A stretch of 57,330 nt of DNA from a virus (IMGVR_UViG_3300021963_000149:1-57330), one strand, 5' to 3'. Positions 51,501 through 57,186 are shown, counted from the stretch's first letter. A program made the numbers and translations. The notes: generated by a model not told the origin, from the letters alone.

Positions 51501-51683
51501 TCCACAAGAATCTAACTTGATGTAAGAATCAATATTTTGAATTAAATCAACAGGAGCTCCCTGATATTCTTGTCCCAAATAATATTGAGACAGGAACTCA
51601 CCAATTAATGGAAATTCTTCTTGGACATAAGAAGGTAATTGATTTCTTACAATTTTGTTAAACTGAACTCTCTTTTCTGTCAT
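39537..51683 (-). CDS. g7: Baseplate wedge initiator gp7-like giant structural protein
   Basis: QLPSYVQEEFP, FYSTRGT.ESFKILF, YYQSFSYSIKS, HTSGFKKF motifs; between g6 and g8; many GxGY repeats. Confidence 0.85.
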   Translation of the reverse strand: MTEKRVQFNKIVRNQLPSYVQEEFPLIGEFLSQYYLGQEYQGAPVDLIQNIDSYIKLDSCGKIIKSTTLTESIDSFDTTINVENTEGFPANYGLIKIDNEVITYTSKTNVSFVGCVRGFSGITSFTDPNNPEDLIFSTSVADDHSNEAIVENLSVLFLEEFLKKVKKQVLPGLQGRNLVDGLNQPQFIRQSKNFYSTRGTDESFKILFKSLYGEDVSIIRPRDYVISPSNANYRKTRDLIVESISGDPFELQNKTLFQDEFENISKAYAPVASVERVSVGVLTDTYYKVSIDGSYTQNDGSAELLYGNLSIHSKTKIIGNVGAGQTFLDVDSTLGFPKTGTLSFVYNNGTSGVLTYSDKTINQFLGISTNAITTTILDKTDIDQNTYAYAAGAGSTDGIKVKIRSVLNQLNIPQNTKYQQSGSLVKFKTLGRVSNNKKANGWLFNTAQSYDVSSLTLIDSTNNTYRLVTTDVNILRIGDGVSLINKNNEILSNKFIVFDVFNNQTCLIRGLGIDDSSQIIKVRRTITKIDSSLHQNLNKITSNIQNVYLDSDKILVASSSLPSFGEPLSPTGVKFGPKTQKITFSGTFNKNEETLTFTNVVDHNFFTGDAVYYTPEKGSVVTIDSSGESILQEYVISSLFEEGLYFVQRIDEKSVKLAKSRSNIYNNIFAKVKTDGSDTISIQNNIIEKYDYKGKFIEPQKLLREIDSPINDGKIYETTIGYNGILVNGVEILNYKSRDIVYYGKINSIDIVSGGKNYDVVSPPVLSITDDVGIGATGYCSVKGSFAEIRVLNSGFDYVEVPTIKINGGNGQGAKAEAKLVTIPHEVSFNASGIGTAIGIGSANSSIGFSTYHKLRNAERVVYKTFGRTALVGLNTGAIYYVSVKDDYTVKLHKTLNDAVVGINTVVFTNYGDGVHSLSSLNGKAILNSIIITDPGVGYENKKRTCGVSGINTALDIINISNHNYKTGEIVKYSVDGTSISGLSTLSEYYVTVVDKNSFKLSVVGVGTTTKDFYFRTGQYENLTSVGVGTHTFNYQDISVEVIGKVGLSSIGGETFKAIAQPIVRGEITSIHLSNNGVGYGVSEVLNFERYPAINLYSGNNAELTPVISQGKIVSVAINNGGNNYNTPPELSVSGIGTGAVLTPEIVNGVITSIKINNGGVGYGVSTTFINVKSAGVGAEFKTNLQTWRVNEFRKNYNNLTEDDAFISKPTNIDFGLQCSHVYAPRALRRVLYATDADGNTLYGKKDLTLVNGQESTNSDHSPIIGWSYDGYPIYGPYGYSTKSGGIVTQLKSGYALDLKPNRPPTSVFPSEFFVEDFTWTNSSNETILDENNGRFCVTPEYPNGTYAYFATFESAPSADGIFKNYKKPAFPYLIGKSFNAKPNEFNTKKDSNQNDYDLNHSSWIRNTYPYSLDKKYSGYEYISESYKYVNQDSIIKFAEKGSVDSIGILTGGTNYKVNDKIVFSNNATRGLSAVAKVSRLSGVGVGTISVANTKLLNVELYPVNGNGDFVGVYTSPHTLKFNDIVVVSGVSTTSSLTEGSYPVGVTTNKLSLSSAVSAASLTGIVTYFSVLGDLNFSNIRENDVFAIESEKVKILNVDRLSSRIRVLRQVEGSVSAAHTASTVLEELPRRFTINVGYKTTFDNNINKEYYFNPIESVGLGTTSGIGIGITLSFTNPGAGITGIFIPTRSIYLPNHGLITGDELTYQTNTGSSIGVATVSGGSTHGLSNHSVLYVAKLNDDLIGISSVRVGLGTTGTFVGIASTTSHQGLLYFVGLGTGNYHSFKVSYPGVIKSSIEKNLVTVATAGTHGLLRGDVAEISVNPSISTSVTFKYNVPNRKLLSTDLSFTAAGVGTTSNSIYLDNHGLITGQKVIHNSTSPAGGLKNDKEYFVYVVDKDNIKLTNSKFDTQQSVPNFVDISTQSSGTISPVNPPLTFYRNSTVSFNLGDSSLSYTQSSTSYSAFTLEFYKDSLFTQKYETSGAESTFDIAQSGTVGVTSDAKVTLKVNKNTPNILYYKLTPINSQDNLSGNKEIVVDDSVNLNNQILVKNSEYSGEFKISDYTENTFLYNLTKYPESSSYNSSQSEISYTTDSINAFGPIFSTKISDKGKGYSKVPGITTVASTYGTGAILEASSKTIGKIKTTKIENIGFDYPSDLTLKPDASIPQVLKVEPLTGFDYIGITSFGTGYTIAPKLIVLDGKTKNIIDDVDLKYVLGKDKVEIIQNSLKLSNTKPTIIPTENPNGVRVSTITYNTATQEVTATLKTEYSDSFPLSVNDKILVEGVSVGVGSTGKGFNSSSYNYSLFTVTKTHPNLGGGAGIVTYTMSGYVNDGEYPGNFDSENSSMTLVPEKYFPQFNPVLKSNNFVKSNEVTDGNASGVVFDWDTDSKYLTVETSHTFTAGKIINSPQTGAKGLIKEVVAFESNYGLDYYSVVENGWEYSTGFLSDELQRIHDNEYYQSFSYSIKSKVPYEEWSDVVSSLNHTSGFKKFSDLQIESKLPSLLVDTLTLRPIGTVTNQLDLISSYDLNCVPNFDLVSETYLSNNTLAFSDEIIFKTRILTDYAESISNRVLTIDDVSGEFNNNPRSTPYTEVFRKRLADGRAQKFIVYVRDRLYTGERQIMMVTVLNDIGRGFSMINQYGRVESVLDLGSFDYVVDGSDGVLNYYPTKYTLNNYNVVPLAYNIDQLDMGTTNLASIGSTTIGVSTASGFNGALVSIATSSILANGAIAQTMVTLAGVGTTSSGTRSAKILVNIETDDGRCEYEELNLVHDGTEVEMLEYGQLTIHSLDAFSSSGLGTYYPYFSGSDIKIDYTPAVGIVTAKLNTVVVAISSEGYTGLGTFAMSYGQLTAKSTNIAASGSPSAVGVASYFNDYDAAYCLVQVSDTTNNNHQFCEIIILDDNNEVYLTEYANVETSAGLGTFGGKRTGDITELTFTPNSGINAHIKTLTHALRISENPSGEAYKDFNNASIDSGFVIYVGTEATIKKDFNLTHKTYPIFKRVFDGTDSNIVDVADNSVILPNHFFVSGEEVSYAPQTGITTNCIGIGTTSIIGIGTTDKLPSSVFVIKVSENKIRFAATAENALKRNPVALDITSVGIGTSHSITSKNQNQKVLVSIDNAIQSPIVGTSVTTSLSREFLVTEDVAYFSGITSFFGADYVQVDNEIMKVLGVGIGSTNAVKVARSWLGTTIAGHSTGAKVTKIQGNYNIVDNMIYFIEAPYGNNPIGSITDPPQYRDWIGITTSSSFNGRVFTRSGIQGGTEETYAKNYVYDDISQNFTGQTKNFTLTSNKSNVIGVATNNAIVLVNGIFQGPGLTYDYTLNEASGITTISFTGTASSVAYDPNNANIPVGGVIVSVGSTAGFGYQPLIGAGGTAVVSAAGTISLVSIGNSGSGYRVGVQTVRVGVALSSRETPNIEFIGTAVVSNGHVVSIAITNPGVGYTSTNPPYVVIDPPLSYTNIPLVYSADSAGGGGAQGKINVVVGQGSSVIDFEIVNTGYGYGVGQILTVPTGGLTGIPTTSSANFKEFQITVQESDKDSFSAWSVGQLQVLDNFSNLFNGTRKTFPISNNGNRLSIQAKPGSNITVQDTLLIFINDILQVPGESYTFTGGSSITFEEAPKSGDALKFIFYKGTGGSDVIDREVIDTVKAGDDLTIGYSNVLNQQSFLQQSTRTVTEVTSSNSTDTTVYYGPGLSEDNTLYRPVEWCRQTEDRIIDGQVVSKARELYEPLIFPSSYLIQSVGIGSTVVFVDNIRPFFNPTNENVVSVDFQKEIIIVNNTDKISAAATALVSAAGTISSIVISNGGVGYSTNPEVNIQNPIGLGTTARALATSVISAGGTVSSISVTSPGTGYTDTNPPVVLIGPPTFTTEDNTIVSYQGDYGIITGISTTSVGAAVTGIVFDLVIPQNSSLRNADVTSFTTRSGIDTGYYFIVYNSNVGNGVTSLGEGNSVVGVGTTFLDNIYRVASVGIATTGAIGLGVTVVTRVTVSVSSFNGLTIPGLGYSSFYGEYSWGRLLLSERNKLQSYNVTTTKGIVGIQTGPVVKRNKSLKYQNYSS

Positions 51684-51688
51684 GTCTT

Positions 51689-53623
51689 CTATCTAACAAT
51701 ACTTTCGTTATGATAACTTGAACTTACTTTATAGTTTGAACCTGCAGGATCTAATCCAGAACTGATTTCATCAATAATCATTTCAACATTACTTCTATCT
51801 AGTTGCAAATATAAATCCTGTAAACCAATTACATCATTAGAAGTAGGAATTCCAGATATTTCTAGAATTTGTTGTCCATCTTTTATTTTTCCAGAGATAA
51901 TATTCACTGGATTAAGTGTAACACGACCTTTTTTGTAATCTATTTTACCAACATTTCTTCTTCTAACTACTGGAGTTGTTGAACCAGCAGAAGGAAGGGA
52001 GAAAAGTGAAATAGTTCCAGTTTTTTTATCTGAATTTGGAACATCAAACAAATAAACATCATCAGATATGTCAATAATTTTAAATGCGCTAGACTTAATG
52101 TTATATCCACTCATTGATGCAATATGAATTTCATTTCCAAAGTCAATTGCGTACTCTGCAAAGGTGTTTAATGCAATTCTTACATCTCTTCTCATTTGAA
52201 CGGTTGTAATATTTGATGTGATGGAAGAATGACTTTGATCAATCACTTTTAAAAGTTTACTGTATTTAAATCTTGCTCCATATCTATTTAATTCAGATGA
52301 TTCGGCGTACTTGTTGATATTTGATTGAACTAATGTTGACACGAAAGATGCATTTGGTGCTAGATTGCTGTTATAGTAAACTTTACTGTCAATTTCAACA
52401 TACAAATACTTAAGATCTAAAATTTCTGGTACAATTCCAGCAACAGCGTACTTTTTTAAATCTCTTTTAATATTTTCTTTGATTGAATTCGGAACAAAAT
52501 CGCCAATTCTTGGTTTTATGCTGATAAAAACCTTTCCATACTGTGGTGGTATTAATTCCTCACCACCAAATACTGAAATTGACTCTGCTTCGGGGTAAAT
52601 TTTGTTTGGAATTAAAATTTCATAGTCATTTGATGTTAAAGCTCTGTTTTGAGTTGAATATACATGAGGAGCATATTTGCGAATTGAATCAACACTCTCT
52701 ATTTGCTCTCCACCGCTTGAAGGAGTTGCTGCACTAATCAAAGAAATGCCACTTGTAATTGTATATTCAACAGAATTTCTTGTATATGTCAGTTTTCCAC
52801 TAAATGTAAAGTTACTAATGCCGTTTGCAGAGTCTCCATCAGTCACAATATAGGAAACTTCGATGACATTTCCATCTTGAAGTGCTTTTCCAAATTTTCC
52901 ATCACCAAAAACAAGTTCATATTGCTCATCTTCAACTTCATTGATGAAATAAATTGTTGAATTGCCAGTGACTACAGATCCAGTTGTATCGTCAAAGAGA
53001 TTATCTTGTCGTGTATACCGAACTGACACTGTAGACAAGTTACTTGGCTTAACGCTCACCTTTAAAGTGTCCAAATCAATACCCGAATTGGGCAAAATAA
53101 ACCTTTGAAATGGATTTCTGGAAGAATACTCAAAACTTTGCTCAATAACCGTTCCTTGATAGACTTCAAGACTGTCAAAAGTTGCAATTCCATCAACTAC
53201 AGAAATGGATTTGTCCTCAGTAATTCCAAAAACATAAGATTGCCCTGCAAATTGATTACTAGTTGCTGCAACAGGACCTTTTTTGAGGACTAAAGTAGAT
53301 GGAGTTGGTGAGATATTTGTTGTATCTACAAAGAAGTTAATAGATGCACGAGATGACTTCTTTGATCTTGGCAAATATCCAATATTGCGTGCAAGTGCAA
53401 CAACATTTTCTCTTAAAGTTGCACTATCAAGAAATACCTCATTCGCAACCATGTTTGCATTGTATGAGGTGATGTAAGTATTGTATGCCAGAACATCAAG
53501 AATGGTTGATAAATTGGACCCATCAAAGTCATAATCCGTAAAATTGGAATTTGATTTTAAATAGTCTTTTAAAGTTTGTTTTATCTGGTCAAAATCGAGA
53601 CCAGTGAAGTTTTGAAGTGGCAT
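51689..53623 (-). CDS. g6: Baseplate wedge protein gp6
   Basis: LDFDQIK, DYDFDGSNL, ANEVFLDSA, FGDG..G, QNRALT..DY, PPQYGKVFI. Confidence 0.96.
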   Translation of the reverse strand: MPLQNFTGLDFDQIKQTLKDYLKSNSNFTDYDFDGSNLSTILDVLAYNTYITSYNANMVANEVFLDSATLRENVVALARNIGYLPRSKKSSRASINFFVDTTNISPTPSTLVLKKGPVAATSNQFAGQSYVFGITEDKSISVVDGIATFDSLEVYQGTVIEQSFEYSSRNPFQRFILPNSGIDLDTLKVSVKPSNLSTVSVRYTRQDNLFDDTTGSVVTGNSTIYFINEVEDEQYELVFGDGKFGKALQDGNVIEVSYIVTDGDSANGISNFTFSGKLTYTRNSVEYTITSGISLISAATPSSGGEQIESVDSIRKYAPHVYSTQNRALTSNDYEILIPNKIYPEAESISVFGGEELIPPQYGKVFISIKPRIGDFVPNSIKENIKRDLKKYAVAGIVPEILDLKYLYVEIDSKVYYNSNLAPNASFVSTLVQSNINKYAESSELNRYGARFKYSKLLKVIDQSHSSITSNITTVQMRRDVRIALNTFAEYAIDFGNEIHIASMSGYNIKSSAFKIIDISDDVYLFDVPNSDKKTGTISLFSLPSAGSTTPVVRRRNVGKIDYKKGRVTLNPVNIISGKIKDGQQILEISGIPTSNDVIGLQDLYLQLDRSNVEMIIDEISSGLDPAGSNYKVSSSYHNESIVR

Positions 53624-54025
53624 TTATCGTGTTGGCAACAAGACGAATTCTAATTGTTGAGCAGGAATATCTGCTCCGACGATTCTGTATACAATAACAA
53701 CATTAAATCCATTATTATCATAGTCTGGAGTTGCCTCCACACTCACTAAACTTACTCTTGGTTCATAATTCCGAATTGAATTTTCAATTTCATCTTGAAT
53801 TGTGACCGCAGTAATGTCATCAATATTTTCAAAAAGAGAACGAGTTACATTTGAACCAAAATCTGGGTCAAAAAACTTTTCTCCAGGAAAAGTAAATACA
53901 ATATTACGAATAGAGCGGGCAATAGAAGTCTCATTTTTTAAGGCAATCAAATCATTATTCAGGGGATTAACCTGAAATGACATACTGATGTCCTTAAATG
54001 CTTGACTTACCCGCTCTAAAGGCAT
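53624..54025 (-). CDS. g25: Baseplate wedge protein gp25
   Basis: SIRNIV.T.PGEKFF.P.FGS, NYEPRV. Confidence 0.95.
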   Translation of the reverse strand: MPLERVSQAFKDISMSFQVNPLNNDLIALKNETSIARSIRNIVFTFPGEKFFDPDFGSNVTRSLFENIDDITAVTIQDEIENSIRNYEPRVSLVSVEATPDYDNNGFNVVIVYRIVGADIPAQQLEFVLLPTR

Positions 54026-54045
54026 GGATGATACAAATTCTAACT

Positions 54046-54052
54046 TATTTAT
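54046..54052 (-). promoter_or_regulatory. Putative late promoter (ATAAATA) for g25-g6-g7
   Basis: tatttat about 20 nt upstream of the g25 ATG. Confidence 0.65.
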
Positions 54053-54065
54053 GGGTAATTTTTAA

Positions 54066-54233
54066 CTAAAATTCAGACAAAGGAATGGGTTCGGTGCCAT
54101 ATTCCCAATCATCATAGTCTTCATCATTGCGAATTTTAGCATGTAACTCTTTTTGCAATGAAAAATCATGTTTTTTTGGAGTTTGATTGTCATTCGCAAT
54201 CTCTCTCAACATTTTTTTCTCGTTGTTTTCCAT
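54066..54233 (-). CDS. Small hypothetical protein
   Basis: Below ORF-track cutoff; MENNEKKMLREIANDNQTPKKHDFSLQKELHAKIRNDEDYDDWEYGTEPIPLSEF (55 aa); AGGAG 6 nt upstream of ATG. Confidence 0.75.
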   Translation of the reverse strand: MENNEKKMLREIANDNQTPKKHDFSLQKELHAKIRNDEDYDDWEYGTEPIPLSEF

Positions 54234-54885
54234 TTTTTGCTCCTGATTCGTTAAAATCAGAACTTTTTACGGGGTTGCTATCCCGAATGTCAATGTAAAA
54301 TCCTTTTCTTAGATAGTCTTGGTCCTCAACGAAAGTTAAATTTTGAACTTTTTCTATATTTTGATCGTTCCAAACTGGAATTGCTACGGAATTTTGAAAA
54401 CGAAAGTCTGGATTTCTTCTGAAATGAACCTCTATAAGGTGATTACCAATAAATTCGCAATTAATCCACTCATAATTACCTTTTAATTTATGTAAAATTT
54501 CGGGAAAATCTATATCTTCTTCAATTTTAGTCCATTTCTTCCATTTATACAATGGGTCATGATTGTCTCTTTCTCCTAAAACCACCAGTTCTGATTTTTG
54601 ATGATGAAAGTCTACGCTAAGATGTCTTCCTTCAAAAATTTCACACCAAAATTCAGCTGGATGTAAATGATCCGTTGATGCATCAATCCATTCAATACGA
54701 GAAAATCGCCCCATCCCCAACAAATTAATACAAGGACGGACGATATAGTTTCCCGAATATGGAACAGAGCACCCTGTAGGACCACACAGGTGCCCCAGAC
54801 GATGATTTAAGATTAACTTATGATAGACCCAAAGATCTTCTAAATGAATTGATTTCCACTCGTCTGTTGAGTCTGAGTAATACAT
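54190..54885 (-). CDS. Hypothetical protein (possible ATP-grasp-like fold)
   Basis: 231 aa; YIVRP..NLLGMG, FWCEIFEG.HLSVD, INCEFIG..LIEVHFR.N pattern. Confidence 0.7.
   Translation of the reverse strand: MYYSDSTDEWKSIHLEDLWVYHKLILNHRLGHLCGPTGCSVPYSGNYIVRPCINLLGMGRFSRIEWIDASTDHLHPAEFWCEIFEGRHLSVDFHHQKSELVVLGERDNHDPLYKWKKWTKIEEDIDFPEILHKLKGNYEWINCEFIGNHLIEVHFRRNPDFRFQNSVAIPVWNDQNIEKVQNLTFVEDQDYLRKGFYIDIRDSNPVKSSDFNESGAKNGKQREKNVERDCE
54240..54287 (-). promoter_or_regulatory. Two-hairpin leader element sequestering the ribosome-binding site of the 55-aa ORF
   Basis: CGGG-ATAGCAAC-CCCG followed by TTCTGATT-TTAACG-AATCAGGA(G). Confidence 0.45.
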
Positions 54886-55091
54886 GTATGAATTCCTGAT
54901 ACATGATTTCGATGAAGAGTATAATTTTTTTGAATTCGAATATCAGAGTTTTTAAAAGTCCAACACTCTCCTGTACTATCTAGAAAAACCACCCATTCTA
55001 AATCATGTTCTTGAGAACGATCAATCACAAAAAAAGCCCAGCCATTACCTTTAGGAGTAATGACTGGGATTTGAGGATTTAATTGAATCAC
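54840..55091 (-). CDS. Hypothetical protein
   Basis: 83 aa, QLNPQIPVITPKG.GWA...WVVF...GECW; GTG start overlapping the upstream stop (GTGA). Confidence 0.75.
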   Translation of the reverse strand: MIQLNPQIPVITPKGNGWAFFVIDRSQEHDLEWVVFLDSTGECWTFKNSDIRIQKNYTLHRNHVSGIHTCITQTQQTSGNQFI

Positions 55092-55228
55092 CTACCTTGT
55101 CCTCTGTACCTTTTCTTCTTTCCATTGCGAGAGGTTGCTGAAAGAAGTGTTCTAGGCGAGCGACCTTGGCGAGTCTTCTTTGGTGCTCCAGGTTCAAAAA
55201 TAACCTTATTGCTTCCACCTTTAGCCAT
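55088..55228 (-). CDS. Small highly basic protein
   Basis: Below ORF-track cutoff; MAKGGSNKVIFEPGAPKKTRQGRSPRTLLSATSRNGKKKRYRGQGR (46 aa); GGAGGG ribosome-binding site. Confidence 0.8.
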   Translation of the reverse strand: MAKGGSNKVIFEPGAPKKTRQGRSPRTLLSATSRNGKKKRYRGQGR

Positions 55229-55242
55229 CTAAAATCCCTCCA

Positions 55243-56010
55243 TCAAATAATACGAGTTTTTTCATGACCCACACGAATACGAGGATCACACCAGATTTCA
55301 AAGCCTGCATCCTTTGCATCAAGACAGAATGAGACATCCTCACCACACATGTCCTGAACACTGCCAGACTCAAAGACTTGCATTTTCGGTGCAAACCAAG
55401 GATATTCAAGATTCTCAAAGACACCCTTTTTAATCAGCACCCAACCAAAACCTGTATAGTCTACCGTGAAAGGTTTCTTCCGTTTTGACATTGTTTCGAC
55501 AGTTTCGTGATTCATCACTCCACCATTCTTACGGAAATCATCTTCTTCTAACCAGTGTGCGACAGAAGTTGTGTGACCATCTTCCGTTGCATACCAACCT
55601 GCAGCAATTTCCTTCTCTTCTCCATCAGCAGAAAGAGCTAAATCACAGAGTTGCCAGAACTTGGTTGTATCAAAAACAATGTCATTATCAATCCAAAGTT
55701 GATAATCATATTCCAGTTTACCATCCCAAGGAATTTGTTTCGGTCCTCTCAAAACATTTGCACCAAGAACCTTACAACGTGCAAAGTTTACCATTGATGA
55801 GTAGTCTTGAGAAATCTGAATACTCATTCCATTCTGAACCATATCAAAACAAAGTTGTACAAAGTTCTTCAGAAAGATATATGAACAACCTCTACCAGGA
55901 AGACAGAATACAATTCCTTTTCCTCTCATTCGTTCTTTAATCGCATCAATATCCCAAGTCGGTTCTTGAGTCTTTGGTGCTACTGTCTTTACTGTAAATC
56001 CTTTAGCCAT
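55243..56010 (-). CDS. GT-A fold glycosyltransferase-like protein
   Basis: LWIDNDIVF (DxD), TGFGWVLIK, GEDVSFC, DP...VGHEK. Confidence 0.78.
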   Translation of the reverse strand: MAKGFTVKTVAPKTQEPTWDIDAIKERMRGKGIVFCLPGRGCSYIFLKNFVQLCFDMVQNGMSIQISQDYSSMVNFARCKVLGANVLRGPKQIPWDGKLEYDYQLWIDNDIVFDTTKFWQLCDLALSADGEEKEIAAGWYATEDGHTTSVAHWLEEDDFRKNGGVMNHETVETMSKRKKPFTVDYTGFGWVLIKKGVFENLEYPWFAPKMQVFESGSVQDMCGEDVSFCLDAKDAGFEIWCDPRIRVGHEKTRII

Positions 56011-56034
56011 AAGATTGAATTACCTTCAAAATCA

Positions 56035-56063
56035 ATTTTATCGTTCTATTTAGAATTTGTCAA
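56035..56063 (-). promoter_or_regulatory. Sigma70-type promoter with nested late-promoter core
   Basis: TTGACA (56063-56058), 17 nt, TAAAAT (56040-56035); CTAAATA at 56053-56047 inside the spacer. Confidence 0.7.
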
Positions 56064-56251
56064 TACGAAGAATTTTGCTGTATGTCTTTTCTTACAATCA
56101 CTTCTTCATATGACAAATCATCTAATTCATAATCCGTTTTCATCAATCCAACAAGATGATGAAATGTATTCCATGTGGCACGAAAATCTTCTTCCTTAAT
56201 TGAATGCATCAAGCATTTATCTTTTGCGTAGATATGATAAACCTTTTCCAT
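56060..56251 (-). CDS. Hypothetical protein
   Basis: 63 aa ORF, YHIYAKDKC...LSYEEV; same orientation and packing as neighbours. Confidence 0.75.
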   Translation of the reverse strand: MEKVYHIYAKDKCLMHSIKEEDFRATWNTFHHLVGLMKTDYELDDLSYEEVIVRKDIQQNSSY

Positions 56252-56453
56252 AAAAACTTTGTGGGCGGAATTTTTTTTGATCCCAAGGTATATATTCTTC
56301 TCTCATACCTCCGGAAAATTTTTATGAGTGTGATATTTCTCTCGCGTTTTGTCACCTCTGTAGGTTAGGGTAGTTTGGGTTTTTTATAACGACAACGCCG
56401 CCCCGCGCCATCAACAACCGCCCGCAAAACACTGCCAAACGACTATAATCACG

Positions 56454-56492
56454 AGTATAACATAAACGCTCCCCAGTGTCAACCAGGGAGCG
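56454..56492 (-). promoter_or_regulatory. Sigma70-type promoter whose -35 box lies in the loop of a 10-bp inverted repeat
   Basis: CGCTCCCTGG-TTGACA-CTGGGGAGCG, 17-nt spacer, TATACT (56459-56454) with extended TG. Confidence 0.75.
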
Positions 56493-56504
56493 CACAGTTA
56501 GGTA

Positions 56505-56645
56505 TTAGAACTGCACCTCATTCAGAGTGGGTTCATTATCACGTTGCTCCGAAACATTATCAGCAACGAGTGCATCGAGAATGGACAGAATCTCGCTGCC
56601 AGTATTACCTTGAGCCAGCAGAGAAAGTGCAATCGACTTGGACAT
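56505..56645 (-). CDS. Small hypothetical protein
   Basis: MSKSIALSLLAQGNTGSEILSILDALVADNVSEQRDNEPTLNEVQF (46 aa) after an A/C-rich leader; ORF track start at 56708 is less likely. Confidence 0.65.
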   Translation of the reverse strand: MSKSIALSLLAQGNTGSEILSILDALVADNVSEQRDNEPTLNEVQF

Positions 56646-56724
56646 TTTGTGTTGTTTGTTGTTAGAAACTGTGTGTTGTGTGAGTGTCTTTATGAGGGCG
56701 CATCTCATTCCCCATTGTTAATGC

Positions 56725-56913
56725 TTACTGTGCGACCAGTGGTGCATCATAACTCCAGAACTTTGCGGTGTCATTATAGCGATAGAACTTTCGCACCTCA
56801 CTATAAACATCCGTCACCACTGGTTTGTGACACACAGCGGGACGATTGATGGCAGCACGACATTGCTCTGCGATCTCATCCAGAGTATAACGGGAAGAAG
56901 GAATGTAACGCAT
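56725..56913 (-). CDS. Small hypothetical protein
   Basis: 62 aa ORF preceded by the same CACACAGTTTCYAACA leader as the downstream ORF. Confidence 0.6.
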   Translation of the reverse strand: MRYIPSSRYTLDEIAEQCRAAINRPAVCHKPVVTDVYSEVRKFYRYNDTAKFWSYDAPLVAQ

Positions 56914-56985
56914 AAAGTGTTGGAAACTGTGTGGGGGTGTCCCTTACACTACTGCAACACTTTAGAGGATCCAAGTATGAGTAAC

Positions 56986-57159
56986 TCACCAACGCTCTGG
57001 GTTACTCAAATCCTCCACGTATGATTCACACTTTTCTGCGGGTTCCAGTTCGAATAACTTTTCCCAGTCAATCTGATGCGGGTCGAAGTCACTGAAAACA
57101 TCAAGTTCCAGAGTGATTCTATAACGCTGCCTCTGTGCTGACTGATAAGCAACTGACAT
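56986..57159 (-). CDS. Small hypothetical protein
   Basis: Below ORF-track cutoff; MSVAYQSAQRQRYRITLELDVFSDFDPHQIDWEKLFELEPAEKCESYVEDLSNPERW (57 aa); GGAG ribosome-binding site and promoter upstream. Confidence 0.75.
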   Translation of the reverse strand: MSVAYQSAQRQRYRITLELDVFSDFDPHQIDWEKLFELEPAEKCESYVEDLSNPERW

Positions 57160-57186
57160 AGTTTCGCTCCGTTTGTTACTGTAAGT

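Noticed and set aside
614-55940. Numerous + strand ORFs of 60-193 aa in the ORF track
   Set aside because: All lie antisense to well-supported minus-strand genes, have no recognisable motifs, and are typical shadow ORFs
56217-56306. 29-codon ORF MREEYIPWDQKKFRPQSFYGKGLSYLRKR
   Set aside because: GGAGGT abuts the ATG with no spacing and the ORF overlaps the 63-aa gene out of frame; insufficient support
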